Source of the DNA: Candidatus Eiseniibacteriota bacterium
Lineage (GTDB): Bacteria; Eisenbacteria; RBG-16-71-46; JABDJR01
Direction: 5' to 3'
NCBI GenBank assembly: GCA_963783375.1
Contig: CAWANH010000001.1
Span: forward strand, 176,830-240,829
DNA: 64,000 nt
This document shows positions 18,187-27,936 of the stretch, piece after piece. Each line of letters starts with the position of its first letter. Position 1 is the first letter of the stretch. Both the position numbers and the translations under genes were made by a program. The notes under the pieces are model-generated. The model saw only the letters and a program-made list of their open reading frames with translations, searched no databases and was not told where the DNA came from.

Positions 18187-19062
18187 ATGATCTCCTTCCT
18201 CCAGAAGATGGGGCATCTCGACCGGCGATGGATCTTCTTGGCCATCGCGCTGGCGGTCATCCTCCCCCTGGCCTTCCACCTCGTGTTCCCGGTCCTCACC
18301 AGCCCCATCGTCCAGAACATCTTCGACAAGGTGGACAGCCTACCCCCCGGCTCCCGGATCCTGATCTCGGCGGACTACGGCCCGAGCACGGTGCCCGAGA
18401 ACCAGCCGATGCTGGAGGCGGTGGCCCGCCACGCGCTCCACAAGGGGCTCAAGGTCTACTTCATGAGCCTGTGGGCCACCGGACCGCCCATGCTGGTCCA
18501 GATGAAGCAGGACGTGATCGACCTGAACTTCCCCGACCTCACCGAAGGGGTGGACTGGGTGAACCTGGGCTACCAGGCCGGGAACCAGGGGGTCATCAAC
18601 TCGGCCTACGCCAACTTCAAGGTGGCCTACCCGGTGGACTCCCGGGGGGAGAACATCAACACCATCCCCATGATGAAGCCGGTCCGGAAACTCTCCGACT
18701 TCAACCTCATCGTCGGCATCGGATCCGGCTTCCCGGGGGTGAAGGAGTGGATCCAGTTCGGCGGGGATCCGGCGGGAGTGCCGGTGGCGGGCGGGGTGAC
18801 CGCGGTGGAGGCGCCGCTCCTCTACCCCTACTACCCGAAACAGCTCCTCGGCCTCATGGGGGGACTTCAGGGCGCGGCGGAGTACGAGGCGGCCCTGGTG
18901 CACAAGTATCCCGAGTACGCATCGGTCTCGACCACCGCCATCACCCGGATGGGCCCGCAAACCGTGGCTCACCTGGTGATCATCGCCTTCATCTTGATCG
19001 GCAACATCGCCTACCTCGCCGGAGGGCGTGAGAAGCCGCGACTGGGGGTGGGACAGCGATGA
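18187..19062 (+). CDS. Membrane-anchored protein with soluble alpha/beta domain (gene C)
   Basis: N- and C-terminal TM helices; SADYGPS..PENQPM, WVNLGY, GLMGGLQGAAEYE; 1-nt gap from gene B. Confidence 0.8.
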   Translation: MISFLQKMGHLDRRWIFLAIALAVILPLAFHLVFPVLTSPIVQNIFDKVDSLPPGSRILISADYGPSTVPENQPMLEAVARHALHKGLKVYFMSLWATGPPMLVQMKQDVIDLNFPDLTEGVDWVNLGYQAGNQGVINSAYANFKVAYPVDSRGENINTIPMMKPVRKLSDFNLIVGIGSGFPGVKEWIQFGGDPAGVPVAGGVTAVEAPLLYPYYPKQLLGLMGGLQGAAEYEAALVHKYPEYASVSTTAITRMGPQTVAHLVIIAFILIGNIAYLAGGREKPRLGVGQR

Positions 19063-19757
19063 CGTTCGATCAGGGACTCGAACTCTGGGTCGGGGCCCTC
19101 CTGACCTTCATGATCTTCTCCTTCCTCTACAAGGACAACCCGTTCTACAAGTTCGCGGAGCACCTGTTCGTGGGGGTGAGCGCGGCGTACTGGATGGTTC
19201 AGGGCTTCTGGGCCACCCTGATGCCGAACCTCTTCGGCCGGCTCTACCCGCCCATGGTCCGCTTCGCCCTCCCGTCGATCGCCGATAACCCGGCCCGGCC
19301 GCTACAGATCATTCCCCTCATCTTCGGACTCCTCCTTCTCACCCGGCTCGTCCCGCGCATCTCGGTCTGGTCGCGACTGGCCATGGGCCTCATCATCGGG
19401 TTCACCGCCGGCACCAACCTCACCCGCTACATCCAGTCCGACTTCGTGTCCCAGATCGGCCATACCATGGTCCCGCTCCTGGACATGAGGAACGGTTCGG
19501 TGGCCATCGGCCAGTCCTTCTCCAACATCGTCATGGTCACCGGGGTGCTGTCGGGCCTGGTCTACTTCTTCTTCTCCAAGGAGCGCTCGGGGCTGACCCA
19601 GAAGGTCAGCCGCTACGGGATCTACATCCTGATGATCTCCTTCGGCGCGTCCTTCGGCTACACCGTGATGGCCCGTATCTCCCTCCTCACCGGCCGCATG
19701 GAGTTCCTGGGGAACTGGCTCACCACCGGCGTGCCCTGGCTCTGGCACCTGTTCTGA
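19059..19757 (+). CDS. Conserved polytopic membrane protein (gene D)
   Basis: YKDNPFYKFAEHLFVGVSAAY, FGASFGYTVMAR; ATGA overlap with gene C. Confidence 0.8.
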   Translation: MTFDQGLELWVGALLTFMIFSFLYKDNPFYKFAEHLFVGVSAAYWMVQGFWATLMPNLFGRLYPPMVRFALPSIADNPARPLQIIPLIFGLLLLTRLVPRISVWSRLAMGLIIGFTAGTNLTRYIQSDFVSQIGHTMVPLLDMRNGSVAIGQSFSNIVMVTGVLSGLVYFFFSKERSGLTQKVSRYGIYILMISFGASFGYTVMARISLLTGRMEFLGNWLTTGVPWLWHLF

Positions 19758-19912
19758 TCCCCTTCCCAGGGCCCCGATCCCCTCGTGCCCTCCTTCGTTC
19801 TCCATCCTCCGGGGATTGAAGGGACACCGGGGGTGCGGTGTATAGTTGTGCTGGCGGCTCACGCCGACCCGCTTGGAAATATTCAACCCCACGCCGCCGG
19901 GAGGTGGATTTC

Positions 19913-21046
19913 ATGACCGTGAACCCCTTGTTGCAGCTGAAACAGCGCGGACAGAGCGTCTGGCTGGACAATCTCACCCGCGAGTTGATGAAGACGGGCC
20001 GGCTCAAGAAGTTGATCGACGAGGACGGCCTTTGCGGAATCACCTCCAACCCCGCCATCTTCAACAACGCCATGACCAAGGGGAACGCCTACGATGAGCA
20101 GTTCCGGGCCCTGGCCGGGCGGGGCCTCCCCACGGACAAGATCTACGAGGCCATGGCCATCCAGGACATCCAGAACGCGGCCGACCATCTGCACGGGGTC
20201 TACGACGACGCCAACGGCACCGACGGCTTCGTGAGCCTGGAGGTCTCCCCGCACCTGGCCCGGGACACCGAGGGGACGATCGCCGAGGCCGCGCGGCTCT
20301 GGAGCGAGGTCGCCCGCCCCAACGTGTTCATCAAGATCCCCGGCACCCGCGAAGGAATCCCGGCCGTCCGCCAGAGCCTCATCGACGGGATCAACGTGAA
20401 CATCACCCTTCTCTTCTCCCTGGACGCCTACCGCGACGTCATGGAGGCCCACCTCCAGGCCATGGAAACCCGTCTCGAGACCGGCCAACCCCTGGCCGAC
20501 GTGGCCTCGGTGGCCAGCTTCTTCCTGAGCCGGATCGACGTGATGGTGGACAAGCGACTGGACGCCATGAAGGCCGCCGGCGATCACGCGGAGGAGGCCG
20601 CCGCCCTCCGCGGGACCGCGGCGGTGGCCAGCGCCCGCCTGGCCTACCGGATGTGGAAGGAGACCTACGCCGGGCCGCGCTGGGAGAAGCTCAAGAACGC
20701 CGGCGCCCGGTTCCAGAAGCCTCTATGGGCCAGCACCTCCACCAAGGACCCGGCCTATTCGGACGTCAAGTACGTGGAGGCGCTGATCGGGCCCCACACC
20801 GTCAACACCCTGCCCGACGAGACCATCGAGGCCTTCCGCGATCATGGCCGGGTGGCGGACACCCTGGAGAACGATCTCGACGGCCAGAAGAAGGTGCTGG
20901 AGCGCTTCGAGGCGATCGGCATCTCCATGAAGCGGGTCACCGACGCGTTGGTGGACGAGGGAATCGAGAAGTTCAACAAGCCCTTCGACGCGCTGATGGA
21001 GGCCCTGGAGGAGAAGCGGAAGGCCCTCGCCGCCGGCCACGCCTGA
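19913..21046 (+). CDS. tal: Transaldolase
   Basis: GQSVWLD, GITSNPAIF, VSLEVSP, FIKIPGT, NVNITLLFS, LWASTSTK; SD GGAGGT. Confidence 0.95.
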   Translation: MTVNPLLQLKQRGQSVWLDNLTRELMKTGRLKKLIDEDGLCGITSNPAIFNNAMTKGNAYDEQFRALAGRGLPTDKIYEAMAIQDIQNAADHLHGVYDDANGTDGFVSLEVSPHLARDTEGTIAEAARLWSEVARPNVFIKIPGTREGIPAVRQSLIDGINVNITLLFSLDAYRDVMEAHLQAMETRLETGQPLADVASVASFFLSRIDVMVDKRLDAMKAAGDHAEEAAALRGTAAVASARLAYRMWKETYAGPRWEKLKNAGARFQKPLWASTSTKDPAYSDVKYVEALIGPHTVNTLPDETIEAFRDHGRVADTLENDLDGQKKVLERFEAIGISMKRVTDALVDEGIEKFNKPFDALMEALEEKRKALAAGHA

Positions 21047-21076
21047 TACCGACTCCGTCCGGGAAACAGTTCGCCC

Positions 21077-21105
21077 AAAAAAGGGGCCGCCCGATGGCGG
21101 CCCCT
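21077..21105. terminator. Rho-independent terminator between convergent units (U-tract on the minus strand)
   Basis: AAAAAA-GGGGCCGCC-cgat-GGCGGCCCC. Confidence 0.8.
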
Positions 21106-21361
21106 GACCTTATTGCTTCGTGCTCGGGACCTCACGGCCCGGATGATCGATCGGCTGTGTGCTGATTGTCTCGTGCGCTGCGTTCGATTGTTTGATGAGG
21201 ACCGATGCCTTTCCCTCGGCGCCGCTGCCGATCGTCCGACGATCCCCCCCGCCGGGCTCCGGCAGCGGACGGAGACCGGTGGGACGGGCGGGCTGGGTTG
21301 GCCGTCTGCCGCGGCGCGACGACGTCCGCCGAATCGGCGGACCGGGCACGGGTCGTCGCGT

Positions 21362-21817
21362 TCACGGGAGGAGGAACCTCACCCCCAGCCCGCCCCCCAT
21401 CTCGAAATCGGTGTCCGGGACCACGTCGACTATCGGCGCCGCTTCCATGAAGAACTCCACCCGCCGGGTGTCGGTGAGGTACGAGAGCCCCACCGGGAGG
21501 CGGACCCCGAGCCAATTCCGGTCTTCCATGAGGAGGCGCCCCCCCACCCCGTAGTAGAGCGGGAGATAACCGTGGTCGGTCTCGAACAGGCTGAAGTCAT
21601 GGAGCAGGTAGTCGGCGTGGAGCTCGAAGGCATCTGCATGAGACATCGACCACGAGGCCCCGCCGTCCACCGCCCGGGCCGGAGCCAGCCAGTACTTGCC
21701 GGAGATCCCGGTCGGCTCCCCGACCATCACTCCCAGGGCGAAGCGGTTCCCCGCCGCCGCGGCAGGCCGGGCGCCGGCCAGAACCAGGCAGGCCAGGATC
21801 AAGAATAGCTGCTTCAT
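21362..21817 (-). CDS. Secreted small outer-membrane beta-barrel-like protein (DUF3996-like)
   Basis: Signal peptide; GVMVGEPTGISGKYW, LHADYL, YYGVGGR, GVRLPVG, C-terminal GVRF; SD AAGGAGG. Confidence 0.7.
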   Translation of the reverse strand: MKQLFLILACLVLAGARPAAAAGNRFALGVMVGEPTGISGKYWLAPARAVDGGASWSMSHADAFELHADYLLHDFSLFETDHGYLPLYYGVGGRLLMEDRNWLGVRLPVGLSYLTDTRRVEFFMEAAPIVDVVPDTDFEMGGGLGVRFLLP

Positions 21818-21924
21818 GATCGCGTCCTCCTTCCGCCGGCCGTACGCGAACCGATCGAGCCGTGGCGCCCGCCCCCGGGCGGGAGGCGGACGCCGCGGCC
21901 CCGATCGGGGGCCCACCGACCATC

Positions 21925-23025
21925 TCAGGGGGTCGTCGTATCGCTGAGCGCGCTGGTCTCGGCCGAGGCCTCGGCCCGACCCGCCGAGGCGATCTCGCTC
22001 TCGAACCTCCCGGCCAGCGCGGCAAGGTCGACATCGGGCGTCCCGGGTGCATCGGGCAGGTCCGCCACCCGGGCCAGGTTCGCCCGGGCGCGATCATGGG
22101 AAGCGTCCGCATCGACCGCGGCCCGGTAGGCTCCGGCCGCCGCCTTCATGTGACCGGAGCGCTCCAGGGCTGCGCCCAGGTTGTTCTGGAACACGGCCAC
22201 GCCGGGCTCGAGCCGGGTGGCCCGGGCCAAGGGCGGCAGGGCCTCGGTGGGCCTTCCCTCCTGGATCAGGATCAGACCCAGGTTGTTCATGGCCCAGGCG
22301 TTTCCGGGGTCGAGGACCGCCGCCCGGCGGTAGGCGTGAACCGCCTCGTCGTTCCGGTTCAGCATGTGATAAGCGCGGCCGAGCACGTTTTGGGCTTCCG
22401 AGGATCGGGGATCCAGCTCCGTGGCCTTCTCGGCCTCGCTGCGGGCTTCTTTGGCGCGACCCGCGTCGAGAAGCAACCGAGCCAGATTGATCCGGCTCTT
22501 TACGAAGCTGGGATCCCTCTCCGCCGAAACGCGTAGCGCGCTTTCGGCATCCTCGTAGCGACCGGCCTTCCAGTAGGAAATCCCGAGCATGTAGCGAGCC
22601 CAGGGGTTGTCGGGGTGCTCCTCCGAGAAGGCGGCAAAGTGCTCGGCCGCGGCGTCGTAGCGACCCTCGCGATAGAGGGTCAAAGAGGTCTCATAGGTCA
22701 CCGGCCCGGCCGGGGGCTCCACTCCCGTTCCCGTCGACCCGGTGTCGTCGTTGTCGAATCCGTTCCCGTCCCCGGCGTCGTCCCGGTCCGGGTCCGCGGT
22801 CACCGTCCCGGAGGAGGCAGCGGCAACCTCCGGGGTTTCGACCGCCGGTGAGCCCGCGACGTCGCGCGCACCGGCGGGAGTCTGAAGCTCCTGGTTCGAA
22901 GCGATGTCGCTCCCGCTCTTCCCGCATCCGACCAGGCTCAGGGCCAGCCCGAGCAGCACGGCCAGGGCGAGCGACCCCACAAAAAGGGCGACCGGCTTCC
23001 ATGAATCCTTGATCAAGGTCCGCAT
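21925..23025 (-). CDS. TPR-repeat lipoprotein
   Basis: Lipobox LVGC, acidic linker, about six TPR units (AQNVLG, AMNNLG, FQNNLG). Confidence 0.85.
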   Translation of the reverse strand: MRTLIKDSWKPVALFVGSLALAVLLGLALSLVGCGKSGSDIASNQELQTPAGARDVAGSPAVETPEVAAASSGTVTADPDRDDAGDGNGFDNDDTGSTGTGVEPPAGPVTYETSLTLYREGRYDAAAEHFAAFSEEHPDNPWARYMLGISYWKAGRYEDAESALRVSAERDPSFVKSRINLARLLLDAGRAKEARSEAEKATELDPRSSEAQNVLGRAYHMLNRNDEAVHAYRRAAVLDPGNAWAMNNLGLILIQEGRPTEALPPLARATRLEPGVAVFQNNLGAALERSGHMKAAAGAYRAAVDADASHDRARANLARVADLPDAPGTPDVDLAALAGRFESEIASAGRAEASAETSALSDTTTP

Positions 23026-23092
23026 CTCACGATCCTCCGCACATTGGCATCCAGGGTCTCTGTGAACCCCCGGGCCCACGGACAACTCATTA

Positions 23093-23108
23093 AGCAAGAA
23101 AGCGGCCA
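23093..23108 (-). promoter_or_regulatory. sigma54 (-24/-12) promoter for the TPR lipoprotein unit
   Basis: Minus strand TGGCCGCTTTCTTGCT with exact GG-N10-GC and TTGC, directly downstream of an NtrC-family gene. Confidence 0.7.
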
Positions 23109-23202
23109 ATTCACCCAACGCAGATCTCCAAGCCGTAACCCTGAAATCTATAATCAGTTAAGGGCGGGGTTGGCCGGGACGTGGCGGGCGGCGGGGAGGG
23201 CC

Positions 23203-23242
23203 GTGTTCGCCTGGACACATCCGTTCGTGTCCGGTTGAACAC
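23203..23242. promoter_or_regulatory. Tandem dyad sites, candidate enhancer (UAS)
   Basis: GTGTTC-gcct-GGACAC (23203-23218) and GTGTCC-ggtt-GAACAC (23227-23242), about 95-135 bp upstream of the sigma54 site. Confidence 0.55.
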
Positions 23243-23279
23243 CACCGGGGCGGGCGGCGGCGGGGACCGGGGGACCGCG

Positions 23280-24638
23280 TCAGGGACGCTTGAGGTCGTG
23301 GCGCCGCATGATCTTGAGGAGGCTCGAGTGATCGGCGAGCCCCAGCTCCTCGGCGGTCCGGGAGATGTGCCAATCGTTCCGCTCCAGGGCGGCGACGAGG
23401 ATCCGCCGCTCGGCCTCGGCCTTGAGCTCCTTCAGCGGACGGGGTTCTCCCGGCGCCGCCGCCGCTCTCTCGCGGGAATCGAGATCGCCGGGCACGTCGG
23501 CGGCGGTGATGATCGCGCCCGGGGAGGAGATGAGGAGCCGCTCCACCACGTTTCGAAGCTCGCGGACGTTGTTCCGCCGCCAGTCGTAGCCCTGGAGGCG
23601 GCGAACGGCGTCCGCGGCGAGCCGCTTGGGCGCCACCCCCAGCCGCTCCGCGGCCTCGGCAAGAAGGTGCTCGGCCAGCGGGGGCACGTCGGAGAGCCGC
23701 TCCCGCAAGGGGGGCACCCGGAGGACGTGGACGTTCAGCCGGTAGAAAAGGTCCGGGCGGAAGCGCTTCGCCACGATCTCCTCCTCCAGGTTCCGGTTGG
23801 TGGCCGCCACCACCCGGGTCTCCACCGAAACCGCGCGCGTCCCCCCCACCTTGGTCACCTTGTGCTCCTCGAGCACGCGCAGGAGCTTGGCCTGGGCGGC
23901 GGCGGGGAGCTCTCCGATCTCGTCCAGGAAGAGGGTGCCGCCGCTGGCCGCCTCGAAGGCCCCTTTCCGGGTCCGGTCGGCTCCGGTGAAGGCCCCCGCC
24001 TCGTGGCCGAAGAGCTCGCTCTCCACCAGGTTCTCGGGAAGGGCGGCGCAGTTCAGGGCCAGGAACGGCCCCCGGGGATGGGGTCCGAACCGGTGGAGTT
24101 CGCGGGCCACCAGTTCCTTTCCGCTCCCGCTCTCGCCGGTGACCAGGACCGGGCTGGGGACGGGGGCGACCAGGGCGATCTCCTCTTTCAGCCGCTCCAT
24201 GGCCTCGCTGTTCCCCACCATCGGGGTATCGTGGCCGAGCTTCCGTCTCAGGGTGCGCACCTCGGTCACCAGCCGTCCCCGCTCCAGGGCGTTTTCGATC
24301 TGCGGCACCACCTTCTCCATCGGTTCGGATTTGTCGATGAAGCTGTAGGCCCCCAGCTTCACCGCGCGAACGCAGCGTTCGAAGTTTCCGGTCCCGGTGT
24401 AGACCACGACCGGCACGTCCATCTTCCGCCCCCGGATCTCCTTCAGGACCTCGAATCCGTCCATCCCCGGCATCTCCAGGTCCAGGATCACGCAGTCCAC
24501 CGGTTCCTTCTCCAGGACGGAAAGCGCCTCGGTCCCCCGGGTGGCGGTGAGGGTCTCGTGCCCCCCCAGGCGCTTCAAGTCGTAGGCGTACTGCTCGCAT
24601 ACCGAAGAAACGTCGTCCACGATCAGGATCAGGCTCAT
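23280..24638 (-). CDS. sigma54-dependent response regulator (NtrC family)
   Basis: REC (ILDLEMPGMDG), GESGSGKE, ESELFGHEAGAFTGA, LFLDEIGE, NVRELRN, C-terminal HTH. Confidence 0.95.
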   Translation of the reverse strand: MSLILIVDDVSSVCEQYAYDLKRLGGHETLTATRGTEALSVLEKEPVDCVILDLEMPGMDGFEVLKEIRGRKMDVPVVVYTGTGNFERCVRAVKLGAYSFIDKSEPMEKVVPQIENALERGRLVTEVRTLRRKLGHDTPMVGNSEAMERLKEEIALVAPVPSPVLVTGESGSGKELVARELHRFGPHPRGPFLALNCAALPENLVESELFGHEAGAFTGADRTRKGAFEAASGGTLFLDEIGELPAAAQAKLLRVLEEHKVTKVGGTRAVSVETRVVAATNRNLEEEIVAKRFRPDLFYRLNVHVLRVPPLRERLSDVPPLAEHLLAEAAERLGVAPKRLAADAVRRLQGYDWRRNNVRELRNVVERLLISSPGAIITAADVPGDLDSRERAAAAPGEPRPLKELKAEAERRILVAALERNDWHISRTAEELGLADHSSLLKIMRRHDLKRP

Positions 24639-26386
24639 GCCTCGTCTCCTCTGGCGGGGAAGATCACGATGAACCGGCTGCCCTTCCCCGGCTCGCTTTC
24701 CACCCGAACCCCGCCCTCGAGATCGGAGACCAGGCGCCGGACGATGGTGAGTCCCAGGCCGGCGCCGGTGGTCTTGGTGGTGTAGAAGTCGTCGAAGATG
24801 CGATCCCGCACCTCGGGAGCGATTCCCGGTCCGGTGTCGCTCACCATCAGGCGCACCTGTCCGTCCGCCGAGGCCTCGGTGGCCAGGGTCACCGTTCCCT
24901 CCGTCCCATCCAGGCTCTCCCACGCGTTCCGGAGCAGGTTCTCCACGATACGGCGGAGGGAAACCGCGTCGGCGTGCACCGGAGGCAGCTCCCCGGCCAG
25001 GTCGAGCTCCAGCGTCACCCCCGGGCGGGCCACCGCGCCGGCCGCGGTCCGCCGCACCGTGTCGTTGAGGTCGAGCCGGGTGCGCTCCCCCCGCACCGCG
25101 ATGCGCTCGTAGTGGGCGGCCAGGTTCTCCAGGTAGTCGACGCTATCGTGAAGCCCCTTCTCGCGCTCCCGGTAGATCGAGGCCAGCTCTGCCGGTTCCT
25201 CGTCCGCGGTCTGGGAGAAGTGCCGGAGAATGTTCCGGATGGGGGTGAGGCCGTTGCGGATGTCGTGGTTCACCTGGCGGGCGATCTCCCCCTGGGTGGC
25301 CCGCCGCTCGGCCTCCCGAAGCTTGTCCGCGCTGGCCCGGAGCCGCTCGATCATGGCGGCCAGAAAACGGGAGAGGGTCCCCACCTCGTCCCGCCGCCGG
25401 CTCGAGAAGTCGGCATCGAGGTGATCGAGGTCGATCCCCTCGGTTCGCCGGGCGAGCTCCACGATGGGGTTGCTGATGGCCGCGGAAAACCACACCGCCA
25501 GGATCAGGGATCCCAGAACGCTGGCCAGGAGCACTCCCTTCAACCAGAGGTCGAGGCTGGCCAGGATCCCCCGGAGCGGACTCAGGGGATAGCTCACCAG
25601 GAGCCGGGCGGTGGCGACCGTCCCGTCCCCCCCTTCCACCACGAAGGGCAGCTCCAGGGTTTCCACCGCGTAGCGGGCCAGCGGAACCGCCGCGGTCCAC
25701 ACCGAATCCGGGTCCGTGCTCACCGTGTTCACCGCGTCCAGCCGGGCCTCCAGGGAGTCGTCGGAGGAGATCGCCCCTCCGGGATAGATCAGGGACACCG
25801 CCAGCTCCTTCCCCCGGGCCAACCCGGCCAGGAAGCGGCGGTTCACCTCCATCCCTCCCACCACGCTGAACTCGCGGCCGGCCAGCTCGAAGTCCTCGGC
25901 GCGGGCCAGGACCAGGTAATCCCCTTCGGGACGCCGCGCCCGCACCAGCGCGGTGTGGGAGGGCGCCCGGCGGAGGGTGCGCGGGAGCCCTCGCTCCAGG
26001 CGGTCGTACTCGTTCCGGAAATGGCCGGAGCTCAGGATTCGTCCCCGGGAGTCCTGGATCTGGAGCATGGAGAGCCCCATGAGGCTCATGGTGCGGCCCG
26101 CGTAGTCCAGGAGGTAGGAACGCTCGGTGTCCAGGCCGTCCACGGCGGCCAGCCGGAACCGATTGTCGTCGGCGATCCGCGTCTTCAGCGCGTCGAGGGA
26201 CTCCCCCATCTCCCGGCTCCGCTCGGCAAGGTCGTCCTTGATCACCGCCATGAGGGTGCCCACCCGACGGGTGTACTGGGTGGTGAGGCGTTCCTTCATC
26301 TCCCGGCGGATGCCCACGGTCAGGAGCACCAGGGGAAGCAGCACCAGGAGCAACGAGGCCAGGAGGATGCGTAGCCGTAGGCTCAC
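24635..26386 (-). CDS. Membrane sensor histidine kinase with HAMP domain (NtrY-like)
   Basis: Two TM helices around a periplasmic domain, HAMP (DEVGTL), H-box HDIRNGLTPI, NLLRNA, DTGPG, GAGLGL; GTGA overlap with the upstream gene. Confidence 0.9.
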   Translation of the reverse strand: MSLRLRILLASLLLVLLPLVLLTVGIRREMKERLTTQYTRRVGTLMAVIKDDLAERSREMGESLDALKTRIADDNRFRLAAVDGLDTERSYLLDYAGRTMSLMGLSMLQIQDSRGRILSSGHFRNEYDRLERGLPRTLRRAPSHTALVRARRPEGDYLVLARAEDFELAGREFSVVGGMEVNRRFLAGLARGKELAVSLIYPGGAISSDDSLEARLDAVNTVSTDPDSVWTAAVPLARYAVETLELPFVVEGGDGTVATARLLVSYPLSPLRGILASLDLWLKGVLLASVLGSLILAVWFSAAISNPIVELARRTEGIDLDHLDADFSSRRRDEVGTLSRFLAAMIERLRASADKLREAERRATQGEIARQVNHDIRNGLTPIRNILRHFSQTADEEPAELASIYREREKGLHDSVDYLENLAAHYERIAVRGERTRLDLNDTVRRTAAGAVARPGVTLELDLAGELPPVHADAVSLRRIVENLLRNAWESLDGTEGTVTLATEASADGQVRLMVSDTGPGIAPEVRDRIFDDFYTTKTTGAGLGLTIVRRLVSDLEGGVRVESEPGKGSRFIVIFPARGDEA

Positions 26387-27936
26387 GGGATCGACCGCCC
26401 TCCGGTCCACCCCGCGTGATCCAGGAGCAGGGTGCCGTCGCCGTCGATCCGGAGGCCGGCCAGCCCCCGGCGCATCACGAGGTGCGGCCGGGTGGCGATC
26501 AGGGGAAGCGCGCTCTGGGCCAACCGGTCCCGTTCCGGCTCGCCGCCGCTCGTCCACGAGGCGCGCTTGAGCCACCCGCACGTCTCCATGAGCAGGCGGA
26601 TCTCCATGCAGGGGTCGGCCAGGGTTCGGGAGAGGGGAAGCACGTAGGCGGCGTCGTCCCCCTTCTCCAGCGCGGCCGAGAACCGGTCGCGCGACACCCC
26701 GACCACGGTGGGGGCCCCCTCCCCCGCGGCCAGGAGCGTGGCCACCTCGGAAGTGAACCCGTCGGTGCCGCTCATGGCTTCCGGGGCGGCGGCCAGGGCG
26801 ACGAACCGGGCCGCCAGCCGCCTCCCGTCCTCGTCCCCGTCCACGTAGAGAATCCGCCGGCCGGCGCCGGAACCGGCCCGCGCCGCTCCGCGCGGCGCCT
26901 TCCGCCCGAAGAGGTCCGCGTCGCCGCAGGCCGCGACCTCGGTGGAATCGAAGGCGAAGGGGGCGGCGGGACGGGCGTCCCCGGCGGCGGCGTTCCGGGC
27001 CAGGTCCCGCCGGAACGAGTACAGCTCCGAGACCGGGGGGCGCCCGCCGGGCGCGGTGGCGGCGATGAGCGGGGACATGAGCATGTAGACCCGGTCCCAG
27101 GTCAGGGTGCGGGTGGTGAAGCCGGGCAGGCTGGCCGCGTAATCCAGGGCCTCACGGTTCCGGACCAGCATGGCGTCGATCCCGCGCCCCAGGAGATCAC
27201 GTGGGTCGGCTCCCGGGGAGACCAGAATCCCGATCCTGGATCCCGGTTCGGCCTGGACGGGCTCCAGATCGAGCCTTCCCTCGTTTGCGCTCCGAGCCCG
27301 GATCCGGAAGGGGCCGGTGCCCACGGGCCACTCCCCCGGCCCCCGGTTCCTGGCCACGGCCAGGGCGGGATGAGCGAAGATGATCGGTTCCCGCCCCAGG
27401 GATTCGGTGAAGGCCACCGTGATCTCGTTCTGACCGTTCACCGTGACCGAATCGGGGTCGATCCACGCCCAGATCGAGCACGCGACGGTACCCTCGCACG
27501 CCTCACGGGAGCCGCGCCAGGATGCTTCCACCGCCCGCGCCCACACCGGGGTTCCGTCCCAGAACGCGAGCCCGGAGCGGAGGGTGAACCGCCAGACGCG
27601 ACCGTGGTCGGAGGCCTTCCACGAGGCGGCCAGGCCCGGAATCACCCGGCCCGAGCAGTCGACCCGGACCAGGGTCTGGTAGAGCTGGCGGAACACCAGC
27701 CGCTCCGCGTCGTTCCGGGGCACGGGAGCGTCTTCCGCCCGGACCGCTTGGTTGACCGCGAGGGTGATCGGCCCCGGGCGCTCGGCCTTCGGGACGAGAA
27801 GGCAGGGGTCGGGGGCGACGACGTCCGCGACCTGACCGGGACGGGGCCCGCGACATCCGGCGATCAACGCGAGCGACGCGCTCGCGACAAGCAGCGCCAA
27901 CGGGAGAACCATCCTGCGCGGGAAGGAGGGCTTCAT
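26383..27936 (-). CDS. Family-5 (peptide/nickel) solute-binding-like lipoprotein
   Basis: Lipobox IAGC; QLYQTLV...PGLAASW...WRFTLRSGLAFWDGTPV, PVGTGPF; C-terminal half divergent; no permease nearby. Confidence 0.75.
   Translation of the reverse strand: MKPSFPRRMVLPLALLVASASLALIAGCRGPRPGQVADVVAPDPCLLVPKAERPGPITLAVNQAVRAEDAPVPRNDAERLVFRQLYQTLVRVDCSGRVIPGLAASWKASDHGRVWRFTLRSGLAFWDGTPVWARAVEASWRGSREACEGTVACSIWAWIDPDSVTVNGQNEITVAFTESLGREPIIFAHPALAVARNRGPGEWPVGTGPFRIRARSANEGRLDLEPVQAEPGSRIGILVSPGADPRDLLGRGIDAMLVRNREALDYAASLPGFTTRTLTWDRVYMLMSPLIAATAPGGRPPVSELYSFRRDLARNAAAGDARPAAPFAFDSTEVAACGDADLFGRKAPRGAARAGSGAGRRILYVDGDEDGRRLAARFVALAAAPEAMSGTDGFTSEVATLLAAGEGAPTVVGVSRDRFSAALEKGDDAAYVLPLSRTLADPCMEIRLLMETCGWLKRASWTSGGEPERDRLAQSALPLIATRPHLVMRRGLAGLRIDGDGTLLLDHAGWTGGRSIP

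Noticed and set aside
19816-19846. TTGAAG...TATAGT promoter for tal
   Set aside because: The 19-nt spacer is too long for a confident call, although the -10 box may be real.
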